In this document: in pieces, positions 9,218 to 19,964 of the stretch
Layout: the number at the start of each line of letters is the position of its first letter
Position numbering within the stretch: the stretch's first letter is position 1
Source: a virus
IMG/VR virus record: IMGVR_UViG_3300031616_000002
Strand: one strand, 5' to 3'
Length of the DNA: 64,000 nucleotides
The notes under the pieces: generated by a model
Told to the model about the DNA's origin: nothing
The model's input: the letters and a program-made list of their open reading frames with translations, nothing else
Database searches by the model: none
Made by a program: the position numbers and the translations under genes

Positions 9218-9587
9218 CCGCTACTTCATGGTGACTCATACCGGGCGGAACGGCACCACCCGGAATCGCCGGAGGATGCTCTCCTCGGCCGAGGTGGCGC
9301 ATATCATCAAGAGCCTCCTCGACAACGGCGTCAACTACATCAGCATCACTGCACCGCAGGAGGAGAAGAGTGACGCCGGAGCGCATGGCGGAGATCCGGC
9401 AGTGGGCCTGGACGCAGCGCAGCCGGACGATCGATCCGGGGATCGCCTCCACGGTTGAGGAATTGTGCGAGTACATCGAGTTGTTGGAGTGTGAGAACGT
9501 CACGCTCCAGGGGCACATCGATTCCGATCATAACGAGTGGAATCGGCAGATCCGGGAGAACGATCTAGGAAACGATCGACGAGAGAA

Positions 9588-9845
9588 ATGAAGATGAGAA
9601 TCGCACGCCACATCGGCACCACGCCACAGCGTCACGGAAGCACGCCGTGTCCCAACATGTTCGAGTTGACCGATGGGCGCTTCGCCATCATCGGCGAAGT
9701 GATCGAGACCATCGGTATCGACGACATCGAGAATCTCTCCGCGAGCGAGAGAGATTCTTTGCAGGGTCAGCGTATCGTCATCGTCGAGCGCGGTACGCTG
9801 ATGCATGCGAAGCACGACATCCCCGACAGTGATCTGAGCTTCTGA
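9588..9845 (+). CDS. Conserved actinobacterial hypothetical protein (GT.P...CP.xF.L.DGRFAIIG)
   Basis: Motif shared with 18054..18314. Confidence 0.55.
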   Translation: MKMRIARHIGTTPQRHGSTPCPNMFELTDGRFAIIGEVIETIGIDDIENLSASERDSLQGQRIVIVERGTLMHAKHDIPDSDLSF

Positions 9846-10093
9846 TGACCGCCCCTTGGCGCAAGCTCCTGTTCGCCATGGCACGCACCGAACCGCCGTG
9901 GGAACCCGATCTCGTTGCCCTGCGGGCCAAGCACTTCCGCGAGGCGGCCGACGTCCTCGACAAGATCGGCCGCATGCAGGACTGCTTCGATGATGACGAG
10001 ATGCAGCAGCAAGCACAGGAGACCTACTCGTGCGCGCGCGCCCTGCGCCTGTACGCAACGGGCATAGCCGGAAACAGAAAGGCACCATCATGA
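9845..10093 (+). CDS. Hypothetical protein
   Basis: Coupled ORF. Confidence 0.5.
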   Translation: MTAPWRKLLFAMARTEPPWEPDLVALRAKHFREAADVLDKIGRMQDCFDDDEMQQQAQETYSCARALRLYATGIAGNRKAPS

Positions 10094-10425
10094 CCGGAGC
10101 GAGTACCGAGGAGCTCCTCTACAACATAGGGCGCTGCCTGATCCTCGCCGCCGCCATGCCGCCGACCTGCGATGTGGCGATGGCCCTCGCGGAGCGCATG
10201 GCGCACCCGCGCCCCGGCGACCTCGTCATCGAGGTCAGCTCCATCGGGCGGCCCTTCGACCCGGACAGCGTCGGTCGGCTGCTGCGCACCGAGCTCGCTC
10301 GGCACGACGATCGCCGCTACGTGATCGAGCCGCTGTCCCGGCCGGGCGGGGAGGCGCACTGGCTGAACGCGTCGATCGTCGCCCTGCCGGACGAGCGGCG
10401 CATCCACGTGTGGGCGCAGTCGTGA
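10090..10425 (+). CDS. Hypothetical protein
   Basis: Coupled ORF, RBS. Confidence 0.5.
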   Translation: MTGASTEELLYNIGRCLILAAAMPPTCDVAMALAERMAHPRPGDLVIEVSSIGRPFDPDSVGRLLRTELARHDDRRYVIEPLSRPGGEAHWLNASIVALPDERRIHVWAQS

Positions 10426-10838
10426 GCTACACCCCGACGATGCCGCTGCGCGATCCGACACCGGAGCAGCTGCGGCGCCGCCTCATCGTGCCGCTGTCCC
10501 GCTTCAACGACAACGATATCTGCTCCATGGACTACTCGTCCTGGAAGGCCACCGAGTACTGGTACGACACCGACGCCAAGGAGCGCGCCAAGGTCCAGCG
10601 CCTCATGGCCTCGATCGAGCTGCACGGCCTGCGCGAAAGAGTCGAGATCCGATATGACGGCGGCCCGATTATGGCGAATGGGCACCACCGTATTGTGGCG
10701 CTCCGCAGGCTCGGCTGGACGCACGTACCCTACCGCTGGTACGTCCCGGACCGACGGTGGGACGATTCACGGCCCAATTACGTCCGCGCCATGCTGCCGC
10801 CGCCGGTCATTCCATCAGGTGGGGGAGTGACGCCGTGA
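10422..10838 (+). CDS. ParB/Srx-like domain protein
   Basis: SIELHGLRERV...ANGHHRIVALRRLGWTHVP. Confidence 0.65.
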   Translation: MSYTPTMPLRDPTPEQLRRRLIVPLSRFNDNDICSMDYSSWKATEYWYDTDAKERAKVQRLMASIELHGLRERVEIRYDGGPIMANGHHRIVALRRLGWTHVPYRWYVPDRRWDDSRPNYVRAMLPPPVIPSGGGVTP

Positions 10839-11116
10839 TCATCCTCTTTCGCGAGCATCGCCTCCAGCGATACACCCGACGTCGCTTGGAAGCCCTCGAC
10901 CTGGTGCGGCGCCACCTCGCCGACCACCAGGACTCGACGCAGGACTTCATCTCCTACAAGACCGGCCTGTCCATCAAGCGCGTCCGGGTGTCGCTGACCA
11001 TCATGGTCGGCACCGGCCACGCCACCTGGTATCGCGACCCCCTCGGTGCCGGGACCTACAACATCACCGACGACGGCCTCTTCGCCCTGGAGCGCATCCC
11101 TGTGGAGCAGAGATGA
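10835..11116 (+). CDS. Winged-helix DNA-binding hypothetical protein
   Basis: ISYKTGLSIKRVRVSLTIMVGTG..TW pattern. Confidence 0.45.
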   Translation: MIILFREHRLQRYTRRRLEALDLVRRHLADHQDSTQDFISYKTGLSIKRVRVSLTIMVGTGHATWYRDPLGAGTYNITDDGLFALERIPVEQR

Positions 11117-11510
11117 AGCGGCCGATCCATCGCATCATCTACCGACTGAAATTTCACTGGCAGGGCTGGCGCATCCGTCGGCGCGGTGACTTCGACCTCG
11201 GCGTCAGCGACCCCTATGGCCGGATGTACCTCACGCCACGTGAGGTGGAAAGCCTCGGCCGGAAGCTTGCCGCATGGAAGGCAGAAAAAGAATTCAAGGG
11301 ACGAGAGGAATGAAGTGGCCGTGGCGGCGTAAGCCGAACATCCCCACCCTGAAGCTCACCGGCCCCGACCAGAGATTCAACGTGACCCTCTGGAATGGAC
11401 GTTCCATGCCGATGTATCTGCATGACATGACCTACAGCCAAACGCGCTACAGCGGTGCAGAGCTTACCATCAGATTCGTCTTCGATATCGAACAGCGAAA
11501 GGATTGACCT

Positions 11511-11810
11511 ATGCCATCCATTCAGAGGGTGTCGCTGCCGGTCGACGGGCGGTGGCACGCCATCACACTCAACGGACGCACCCTGCATGTCGCCATGCGC
11601 ATCAGCGGCACCGTCGACATCTTCGTCATCCACAACGACGAGAAGAAGCGGAAGAAGGGGGAGGAGGAGACCGACGCCTTCGTTCCCTTCAAGTACCAAT
11701 TCCGTGCCTTCAAGACCGACGAGCCGCTGCCGTCCGAAGCGGTCCACTACATCGGTACCGCCGCGCCGCTCAACGGCTCCGCCGCCATACACGTATTCCG
11801 GAGAAACTAA
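11511..11810 (+). CDS. Conserved phage hypothetical protein
   Basis: I.R..LPVDG.WH...LHVA...F.AF.T...LP...HYIGTA...HVF pattern. Confidence 0.55.
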   Translation: MPSIQRVSLPVDGRWHAITLNGRTLHVAMRISGTVDIFVIHNDEKKRKKGEEETDAFVPFKYQFRAFKTDEPLPSEAVHYIGTAAPLNGSAAIHVFRRN

Positions 11811-12064
11811 TGGCGATCATACCGAAACCGTGCTACGTCATCGCCTGTGACGAATGCAGGGAGGAGCTGCGCAATCACTTCGCCACCGTCGAAGGCTGGG
11901 TTATGCACTTCGAGTCGGGCGACAATGCCGAGTCCGAAGCCGAAGATTCGGACTGGGTGAAGCTGCCCGACGGCCGGAACATCTGTCAGATATGCGTCGA
12001 CCCCATGGCCAAGGCCAGGAAGATCGTTCGCGACGACAAGGGCGAATGGATGATACTGCCATGA
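11810..12064 (+). CDS. Small zinc-finger protein
   Basis: CDEC...CQIC. Confidence 0.55.
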   Translation: MAIIPKPCYVIACDECREELRNHFATVEGWVMHFESGDNAESEAEDSDWVKLPDGRNICQICVDPMAKARKIVRDDKGEWMILP

Positions 12065-13104
12065 ATCGCACTTACTGCAATTCTATCCCGGGGTACAGGG
12101 AAGTCCGTGTCTCCTTCACCGAGAAGGAGACGGAGCGCTTGTGCTCAATCCTGGGAGAGCTCTACGCCGAGCACCAGGAGGTCGTCGACCTCTTCGACAT
12201 CCTCGACGCGGTGTGCCGTCACTGGGCGCTCCCCGACGCCGAGCGAGCCGGACGCTATATAGGGGACGAGAAGCGGTGAAGGCATCGGCCCGCCGGGCGC
12301 GCTCCGCGCTACGCGCTCGGCGCATACGCCACCGTGGGCTCCAGCAGCCGAAGCGCGACCGCCGCCGGTGGGATCTGCTGGCGCGACTGGCGGCACTCAC
12401 CCCGGACCAGGCGACCCTCCTCTGGTACCGCCTGGGTGACATGGCACTACTGGAGCAGGACGACCTGTGGGAATCACTGGAGCAGATGAGGCGTGGCGAA
12501 GGTGTCACTCTGGCGGAGTATCGCGCGAGTGACACATGAATCATCTGATCGGGTGGTCTTACTGGGCCTGCCGAACCTATCTCTGGACCACGGTCCAGTA
12601 TCCGCATGAATGGACCATCACAACTCCGGCGTGTGGCTCGAACTATCGCTTCCGTGGCATGACGATGAATGATAGTGTCGTGATACTCGGACCCTCGGGG
12701 ATGTACTGGGAGTCCGGGGCCGGGCCGTGGCTGGACGAGGTCTACGCGTATCTGCATTATCGAGAGACTGCGTGGACCTCTGACGACTGCGATCGCTACC
12801 GATAATCATGGACGGAGGTGGGTGGCCATGGACATGTTGGAAGTGCGGAATGCGCCGATGAAGAGCATCAGGCGCTGGGTGAGGGTGCTGAACCTGGCAG
12901 TCAACTGGCAGCAGTTCACCGACATGGCAACCGTCGGTACCTGGATCAAGATAAACCCGGGGATGTCGGACCAGGATATTGAGAGGGGAACCAAGCTCAA
13001 TAGGGCACGTGTTGAACATGCCCTGCACGTACTGCGCTTCATGGATCGCGTGGCGGTCTATCGCATCAGCGATTACCGGCGCGTGTACTACTCGGTAGGA
13101 AAGA

Positions 13105-13533
13105 GTGCATAGCGTGGGCATCTTTTTTATCGTCTTCGGGGCGACCTTGGTGCACATCGGCGTGGCACTGCTGGTGATGCGCGGCCTCTTCGCCCGCTGG
13201 CGCAAGATGAGCATCGAGAAGTACGTCAGGGACAACTCCAAGGATTACGGCTTCCTCGCCGGACTGACGTCCGAGCATCAGGCGCAGAAGGCTACCGAGA
13301 GCTTCAATAACTTCGATCGTGCCAGCGATGCCTTCGCCGCATTCTGGATGGGGCTCTTCTGGGAGGCGGCCATGCCGATCTGGATCCTCATCCGGCTCAT
13401 CAACTTTCTCATCGTCTCGAAGCCGCCTCCGTCCGACCCCGAGCTCAGGGCGCAGATGGCCGCATTGCAGGAGCGCATCCGCGAGCTTGAAGCGGATGAC
13501 CGGGAGTACCGAGAGGAACACGACGGTGTATGA
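13105..13533 (+). CDS. Membrane protein
   Basis: Two hydrophobic segments plus coiled-coil tail. Confidence 0.55.
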   Translation: MHSVGIFFIVFGATLVHIGVALLVMRGLFARWRKMSIEKYVRDNSKDYGFLAGLTSEHQAQKATESFNNFDRASDAFAAFWMGLFWEAAMPIWILIRLINFLIVSKPPPSDPELRAQMAALQERIRELEADDREYREEHDGV

Positions 13534-14248
13534 CAAGAAGATCAACGAGGCCGTGCGGGAAGCGGAGACCGCCCTCGCCGGTGCACTGCTCGTGCGCATC
13601 ACCGCGATGGTCCGGGATGCCTACCCGGACGCGATGGCGATCCACACCTACCGGTCCGACTATGAGCACGGGCAGGTGCTCTGGAAGGTGCTCGGTGCGA
13701 ACGGGCGCGTCCTGTGGGACCGCGAGAAGGGCAGCGGCGACGAGCCCTTCGGCGGCGAGGGCACCTGGCGGATGGACCGGGACGTCCTCGCCTACGAGAA
13801 GCTCGCCGGGAACCGCCTCAAGACGATGGCGTCGGGCGACCGGAGCATGAAGCTGCTGCCGCGCACCTCGGCGACCGTGAACGGCCCGGCCGTGCCGCCG
13901 CAGGCCCGCGTTGCCATCGACTTCCGCAACCCGGGCATTCGCCTCGATGGCGTCTGGAATCGGCCTGAGCCCGTCGAGGAGGCTGCGCCGCTCTCCGGGG
14001 AGGCCTTCACGGTCGAGGGCGTGCGGGCGCTGATGGCCCACGTGCGGACGCTCCTGGACGCTCTCGCCGAGGACGAGGCGGCGCGCTCGCTGGCGGCGTC
14101 GGCGGTGTCGCCGGAGGAGTGGGCCGAGATCTGGCCTCGGGTGGCGTCCGAGGGGGTTGTGACGATCGGGTGCGATTGCGGGCACAACGGGTTCGGCCTG
14201 CTGTGGCATCGCGACTTCTGCGTCTGGAAGGTGGCGGCGAAGTCGTGA
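13526..14248 (+). CDS. Hypothetical protein
   Basis: GTG start, strong GC3 bias, C-terminal C.CGH...HRDFC. Confidence 0.55.
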   Translation: MYDKKINEAVREAETALAGALLVRITAMVRDAYPDAMAIHTYRSDYEHGQVLWKVLGANGRVLWDREKGSGDEPFGGEGTWRMDRDVLAYEKLAGNRLKTMASGDRSMKLLPRTSATVNGPAVPPQARVAIDFRNPGIRLDGVWNRPEPVEEAAPLSGEAFTVEGVRALMAHVRTLLDALAEDEAARSLAASAVSPEEWAEIWPRVASEGVVTIGCDCGHNGFGLLWHRDFCVWKVAAKS

Positions 14249-14444
14249 TGCCGTTGACGATGGCGGAGTTGCGCCTGAAGCACGCCCAGCTGACAGAGCG
14301 GGCGCACCGGTTGCGGCAGCAGAGCCGTGCGCTGTCGGCGCTCTCGCGCCAAGCGGGTGCCCTGGCTCGCGAGGTACGGCAGACTCAGCAGCACGCGGAT
14401 GACTATGCCGTCATCCTGAACATGATCCAGAGGGAGGAGAGTCG

Positions 14445-14708
14445 ATGATTCCTGTCCGTGTTCCCATGGACGTTTCGCTTCACACCGTCGGGGGCGTCCG
14501 CACGCTCGACGTGAATCATCCGCTCTACGAGCGCGAGTGCCCTGTGTGTGATGAGCAGCTCGCGGACGTGCCGATGACGCTGGTGTGCGTCGGCATCGAG
14601 CCGAGGAAGCGCAACTCGGGCGATTGGGCGTCCGGCGCCGCTGTCGGCGTGCATGCGGCCTGCGCCGGACGGGAGCCTGCGCCGGAATGGAGGGGGACCG
14701 ATGAGTGA
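14445..14708 (+). CDS. Small zinc-binding hypothetical protein
   Basis: CPVC...HAAC; GGAGG RBS. Confidence 0.5.
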   Translation: MIPVRVPMDVSLHTVGGVRTLDVNHPLYERECPVCDEQLADVPMTLVCVGIEPRKRNSGDWASGAAVGVHAACAGREPAPEWRGTDE

Positions 14709-14996
14709 CACCTCCATGAACGCGTTCACCGCGAGGGTGCTGGCGGACTCCATCGCGTCGAAGCTGAACCGGCTCGATGCGATGATGAACCGGATGGAGC
14801 CGATAGCGCCGATTCATTTGGCCATTGCGGTCGAGGCGGGGCGCGACGCCATCGTCATCATCGAGGGCCTCATCGGAAGCATCACCGCCGAGGTGAATCG
14901 CCATTATGCCGCCGGTTACATATGGCCTGAAAGCGGGACGGCTGTCAACGCCACCGGCGAGGCAGAGCGCGTCGAAGGACCGGAAGGAGACCCGGC

Positions 14997-15350
14997 ATGA
15001 CCAAGGACCACAACTTCAAGAAGCGGGTGCGGGCGCGCTGTGCCGCCACCGGCGAACCGTATACCGTGGCACGCCGCGCCCTGTTGGCGGAGCGCGGCGA
15101 AACCGCCGACGACGTGAGCGCGGGCGGCACCATGCCCCCGCTGGAGCCGCCCGGCGACACCATCCCTGCCTTCCTCTCGCCCGGCGAGGAGCGCATCCCG
15201 GCCCGCCTCGTCATCGACGAAGCGCACGACTTCACCGACGACGAGATCAAGATGTTCCTGCAGATGCTCCTCGGTCATGACGGGGTTCCGCTCGATGAGG
15301 GAACCTCGCGGCGCGTCGGGATCCTGCCGCCGGAGGAGGAGAAGCCGTGA
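14997..15350 (+). CDS. Hypothetical protein (MTKDHNFKKRVRAR..ATGE.YT.A motif)
   Basis: Recognisable N-terminal motif; RBS. Confidence 0.5.
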   Translation: MTKDHNFKKRVRARCAATGEPYTVARRALLAERGETADDVSAGGTMPPLEPPGDTIPAFLSPGEERIPARLVIDEAHDFTDDEIKMFLQMLLGHDGVPLDEGTSRRVGILPPEEEKP

Positions 15351-15534
15351 GACAGACACGTCGCGGCGAGGCGCCGCCCTCCGGCGAGGGCGCCCTCTAC
15401 TCGCTCGAATACCAGGCCCTCCAGCATGCCAGGCTTCGCGCGGAACAGAAGCGCCTCGACAAAGCGAAGCGGTACGACTGGTGGAATTCCTGGTTCGATT
15501 CGGAAGCACTGCGCGATGCGGTCGAGGGGGAAGG

Positions 15535-15798
15535 GTGAGCAGTCTCGAAGAGCGCGCCCTCATCTTCGGTGCCGTCGAAGACATGGTCACCGACCTGCTC
15601 TCCTATGACCGCAGGGAGGACGAGCAGTTGCCGCGCGGTGCTATCGAGGAGGCCGTTGCCTCCGGTCTCGTAACCGTCGATGAAGTCGTCGCGTGCTTCC
15701 GCCACTACTTCGAGGAGGCCGTTGCCTCCGGTCTCATAACCGTCGATGAAGTCGTCGCGTGCTTCCGCCACTACTTCGAGAAGGGGGTTACCGGATGA
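15535..15798 (+). CDS. Hypothetical protein with internal 22-aa tandem duplication
   Basis: EEAVASGL(V/I)TVDEVVACFRHYF twice. Confidence 0.55.
   Translation: MSSLEERALIFGAVEDMVTDLLSYDRREDEQLPRGAIEEAVASGLVTVDEVVACFRHYFEEAVASGLITVDEVVACFRHYFEKGVTG
15646..15780. repeat. 66-bp tandem duplication (2 copies, 1 mismatch)
   Basis: GAGGAGGCCGTTGCC...CACTACTTC at 15646 and 15712. Confidence 0.95.
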
Positions 15799-16745
15799 AG
15801 GTTATCCTCGGCGGCGACACGCACGGGGACCGAAATCAGGTTCGCTGGTTGCTCGACAAAGCCATCAAGCATGATGCGGCCGGAGTGTTTGTCCTGGGAG
15901 ACTTCGGGATTTTTTGCCACATCGATGCCGGTGCCTTCACTGCGGGCGTCGCCGTGGATGCCGCGCGCAAGGGCCTGAAGATCTGGTTCCTCCCGGGCAA
16001 CCACGAGAACTACGACCTGCTGGAGCGCGTCGAGGAGGAGCACCCGCGCGACGATGACGGCTTCGTGATCTACCACGATGGGTTGTCGAGCCTTCTCTAC
16101 TCTCCGCGCGGTCATCGCTGGAGCTGGGACGGCGTCAGCTTCCTATCCCTCGGCGGGGCGTACAGCGTCGATAAGTACTGGCGTATCGCGGCCGACGGTA
16201 TGACCGTGACGCACGCCGAGGCGGTCGCTAAGCGCGGGCACTCGCTCAACGCGAAAGAGAAGTACGTGCTCCAGCACCCGCACTACCGGTGGTGGCCGCA
16301 GGAGGAGATCACGGACGAGCAGGCCGCGTCAGCGGCTGCTGGAGCGCCTGTCGATGTGATGCTCGCGCATGACAAGCCGATCGCGGCGCACCTGGACTGG
16401 AACCGGAAGGATATCCCTGAGGCGGAGCATAATCAGCGCCGTCTGCAGCGGGTTGTGGATGCGGTGAAGCCTCAGTTGTATCTGCATGGGCACTTTCACT
16501 ATGCCTATACGGATTGGTTGCCGAAGACCATGACGTCCGTGTGTGGCTTGGATTGCGATCCGGAGGCGTCGAAGGATACGGGCGGTTCGGGCGACCGGAA
16601 GCTCTCATGGGGCGTCCTGGATCTCGGTGACGCCTCGTATGGCTTTACGCGCCAATTGGCCGACGGGACCGAGAAGCGGTGGGCCTTCATTCCGTATGAG
16701 ACGAGGGTGTTGAATGAGGACGAGGGCGATTCGGCGCCGCAATAG
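15795..16745 (+). CDS. Calcineurin-like metallophosphoesterase
   Basis: GDTHG, LGDFG, PGNHEN, AHD and LHGHFH motifs. Confidence 0.88.
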   Translation: MKVILGGDTHGDRNQVRWLLDKAIKHDAAGVFVLGDFGIFCHIDAGAFTAGVAVDAARKGLKIWFLPGNHENYDLLERVEEEHPRDDDGFVIYHDGLSSLLYSPRGHRWSWDGVSFLSLGGAYSVDKYWRIAADGMTVTHAEAVAKRGHSLNAKEKYVLQHPHYRWWPQEEITDEQAASAAAGAPVDVMLAHDKPIAAHLDWNRKDIPEAEHNQRRLQRVVDAVKPQLYLHGHFHYAYTDWLPKTMTSVCGLDCDPEASKDTGGSGDRKLSWGVLDLGDASYGFTRQLADGTEKRWAFIPYETRVLNEDEGDSAPQ

Positions 16746-16965
16746 GGCGTTCTATGAGGAGATCGCTCGCCAGCATAGGGCTCATGTTGCTGCCGGTTGG
16801 CCGCCTATCCGTGCTATTGCTCTGGCCAATGGAGTTCACGAGAAGACCGCTTCGAACTGGATTACTGCAGCTCGGGCGCTCGGGTGCGATGTGCCGCGCT
16901 GTTCCGGGATGCGGCATCATTACATGCATGGGACACCGCAGGACTATGCGGATCGAATTAAGTGA
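16714..16965 (+). CDS. Small HTH-like protein
   Basis: PIRAIALANGVHEKTASNWITAAR. Confidence 0.45.
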   Translation: MRTRAIRRRNRAFYEEIARQHRAHVAAGWPPIRAIALANGVHEKTASNWITAARALGCDVPRCSGMRHHYMHGTPQDYADRIK

Positions 16966-16977
16966 GGGTGGGGTCGA

Positions 16978-17232
16978 ATGGCAGGCGTGGATGCTGAACT
17001 GACGGCGACGGTTTACAGCGCTTTCGGTGCGAAGGTGCGAAACGCCCGGAGGATCCGGGGCCTGGACCAGGTCGATCTGGCGGTCGCTGTCGGCATGAGC
17101 CAGGCATCGATCTCGAAGATCGAGACCGGCAAGGGCGAGCCCAATATCGGGCGCGTGCCGCTGCATGTCGCCGTCGCGCTGGCCGACTTCCTCGGCCTGT
17201 CGCTGGATAACCTGTCTAGGGAGGGGCAATGA
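16978..17232 (+). CDS. XRE-family HTH transcriptional regulator
   Basis: VRNARRIRGLDQVDLAVAVGMSQASISKIETGK.EP. Confidence 0.88.
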   Translation: MAGVDAELTATVYSAFGAKVRNARRIRGLDQVDLAVAVGMSQASISKIETGKGEPNIGRVPLHVAVALADFLGLSLDNLSREGQ

Positions 17233-17736
17233 TTATGGTCGGCACGGACGAGAATCCGGACCCGAGAAAGCGGTATCGCTACGTGGTTGAATCCAACCGT
17301 GGCATGTATGGCGTGGTACGCTACGAAGGTCCCAGCGTGTTCGCCTCGTCGGCAATGATCGGGATGTGGCGGGATGAGTACACCGCCGACAGGATCGCAT
17401 TGCTACTGAACGAATCGGTGGGGCATCAGGCGTGAAGATTGAGAATAAGGTGACTTTTCGCTCCCCCGAAGCGGATGCGCTGCTGCGCATGGATGCCTAC
17501 GCGCACACGGTATGCCGAGGCCCGGCCCTGGACGATGCCTTGGCCAGCAACCGGCGCCTCATTGCGGCCGTCCGCGAGTCCGCGATCCGCGACGCAGCCC
17601 TCTGGCTGGAGAAAGAGTCGCATCGCGTCGAGGCGTCGGGCGCGGGGTGGCGCCAGGCGAGTGTGAAGATCAACCCCGACCGGGCCTCGTCGCGCGGCAT
17701 CATCTCGTTCTGGAATCGCACCGAGGAGGAGCGGTA

Positions 17737-18057
17737 ATGGAGTGGACCTACTGCATCGGCAACGGCACGGTCATCCTGGAGCACAGGCCGCTGCGTTGCG
17801 TCATCGCCGTCGCGGTGATCACGTGGCGTCCGCTGAAGGAGCCCCTGCTGCGCACCCGGCCCGGGAATGCCGTATGGAACCGCGTCATCACCTGGGCCGA
17901 TAACAAGGCCGTGGAGGTGCTGGAGCTGCCCATCACCGAGGCGCAGAGGACGCTGCTGGGCGGGGACGACTGGGCGGACGCCTGGGACAGCGACGCGGCC
18001 GTGGTGGAATTCACCAAGGCCGAGAAGAAGGCCGTGACGGGGAGGGAATACTCGTGA
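17737..18057 (+). CDS. Hypothetical protein
   Basis: GGAG RBS; TAATG coupling. Confidence 0.5.
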   Translation: MEWTYCIGNGTVILEHRPLRCVIAVAVITWRPLKEPLLRTRPGNAVWNRVITWADNKAVEVLELPITEAQRTLLGGDDWADAWDSDAAVVEFTKAEKKAVTGREYS

Positions 18058-18314
18058 CTATCCGAGAGAGCGACGAGGGACGAGTCATGATCCGTCGCCT
18101 CGGTACCGCACCGAAGGATCGCACCGGTCGCCAGCGCAGCTTTGGCGGCACCAACTGCCCGGACGTGCTGCAGGGCGGCGACCGCATCATCGTCATCGGC
18201 GAGCTCCTCGACTCGCTGCCCGACGGCGCACCGGCCGACGCGGGCATCGGCCCGACCGAACGCGCCGTCGCCATCCCCCTCAGCATCTTCCGCGACGCCG
18301 CGAAGGAGCTGTGA
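18054..18314 (+). CDS. Conserved hypothetical protein, relative of 9588..9845
   Basis: RRLGTAP...NCPDVL...IIVIGE. Confidence 0.55.
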   Translation: MTIRESDEGRVMIRRLGTAPKDRTGRQRSFGGTNCPDVLQGGDRIIVIGELLDSLPDGAPADAGIGPTERAVAIPLSIFRDAAKEL

Positions 18315-18498
18315 TGGCGCACCTCGGTGGTGGGAGCGGGCCCTCGGGGCCGCCAGTCTTCATCAACGGCATCAAGGCGGGTACCGGCGGCGGAGGCGGC
18401 GATCCGTGCAAGAAGGCGGCGGCCATGGCGATCCTCATGCTGCCGCTCCTCCCCGTCCTCATCCCGCTCGCGCTCTACCGGAAGTGGAAGAGTAAAAC

Positions 18499-19065
18499 AT
18501 GAAGAAGAAGTTCGTCGACCTGCCCGACATCCCGACGAAGCTCACCAAAGAGGAGCGCGAGAAGTCGCGCATCCCGGAGCTGGAGAGAATCCTCGGCAAG
18601 AAGGGGTCCAAGCTCCGCTACCTGCGGCTCCAGCAGGACCGCGAGTCCGAATGGTACGAGATCGTCGAGCGCTTCGAAACCAACCAGTCGCTCTACAACG
18701 CCTACCGCTACATCGAGAACCATCCCGTCTTCTGGCGCTTCCATGAGGTCGGCGACTGGATCACCTTCCACGAGCGCTGCCTGTATCACGAAAGCGGCAT
18801 CCGCGAAGGCATCGAGTTCACGGTCGTCCGCGTCGACCCCGCCACCCAGTCCGCCTCCCTCGACCCCGCCCTCAACACACAGGTGCAGGTCTGGTTCGAG
18901 TTCTCGCTGTCGCACGACTGGAAAACCCCCGACGCCATCCGGCTGCACGACTACAAGCTCGATTCGGGCGCGGCCACCTACGAGGAAGCGCTCATCAAAG
19001 CCGCCAAACGCCTGCACCGCCGCTACGGCAACGACCGGCGGAAGCTCCGCAAGTATGACAAGTAA
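18499..19065 (+). CDS. Hypothetical protein
   Basis: 188-aa coupled ORF with strong C-ending codon bias. Confidence 0.6.
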   Translation: MKKKFVDLPDIPTKLTKEEREKSRIPELERILGKKGSKLRYLRLQQDRESEWYEIVERFETNQSLYNAYRYIENHPVFWRFHEVGDWITFHERCLYHESGIREGIEFTVVRVDPATQSASLDPALNTQVQVWFEFSLSHDWKTPDAIRLHDYKLDSGAATYEEALIKAAKRLHRRYGNDRRKLRKYDK

Positions 19066-19681
19066 CTTCGCCCGGCATGTCGGCTACGGCGTGGTGCCCG
19101 GCGGCTGCACCCGCTACCCCATCATCGACGGTGAAATGATAAACCAGATCTGCTACAACTTCACCGTGGTACCGCTCTACTATTATCGTGGCCGGGCGAG
19201 CAACACCATGCCGAATATCGTCACGGTCAGCAGCTGGGCGCGAGCCTACGCCATCAAGGAAATCCTTGAAGCTGCGGCCGACGAGCCGGAAGGGCCCTGG
19301 GTGACCTTCTAACTCGATGAGGACGGGTGTGGATCGCTGTAGCCGTCCTGAGCTTCCCGGCGGCCATCGGCGTCTTCATCATCATGGGACTCGTGCACTG
19401 GGTCCTCAACCGGATAGGGAGATGGAGGAAGCGTGACTAGCAACATCATCGCTACCATCCAGGGACTCGACACCGGCCTCCTCGACCCGGTGCCTACGGG
19501 AGATCGCGGCGCACTGATCGATGTGCGCCGAAGCCTGGCGCTCCCCTGCGTCTCATGTGGCATACCGAGCGCCTTCGCCTACGTCTGGGACATCTTGATG
19601 GGGACATTCTGGATTGATCTATGTCCGCACTGCTCCAGGGAACTGATCTCGGCCATGTCCCTCTATCCCGAATGGTGAAGC

Positions 19682-19957
19682 ATGTATCCCGCCAACGATG
19701 GTCACACCTGCCCCGAATGTGAAGGCACCGTCGGTTACCGATTCGACTGCCCGCGCTTCATGCAGAACGGCCGACTCATGGCCTGCATGGAATGCGGCAA
19801 TGCCATCCGGTTCGAGTGTGCCAAGCTGGATGAGTACGACGATCTGGACGATGAGCTAGGGTGCGGCTGGTGGTTCCAGTATCCACTGCATCCCATGGCA
19901 TCCGGCTACATGCGCATGGGCGTCACACCCGACTGGGACTACAAGGCCTACCGGTGA
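19682..19957 (+). CDS. Zinc-ribbon hypothetical protein
   Basis: CPEC...CMEC. Confidence 0.5.
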   Translation: MYPANDGHTCPECEGTVGYRFDCPRFMQNGRLMACMECGNAIRFECAKLDEYDDLDDELGCGWWFQYPLHPMASGYMRMGVTPDWDYKAYR

Positions 19958-19964
19958 GGAAGCA

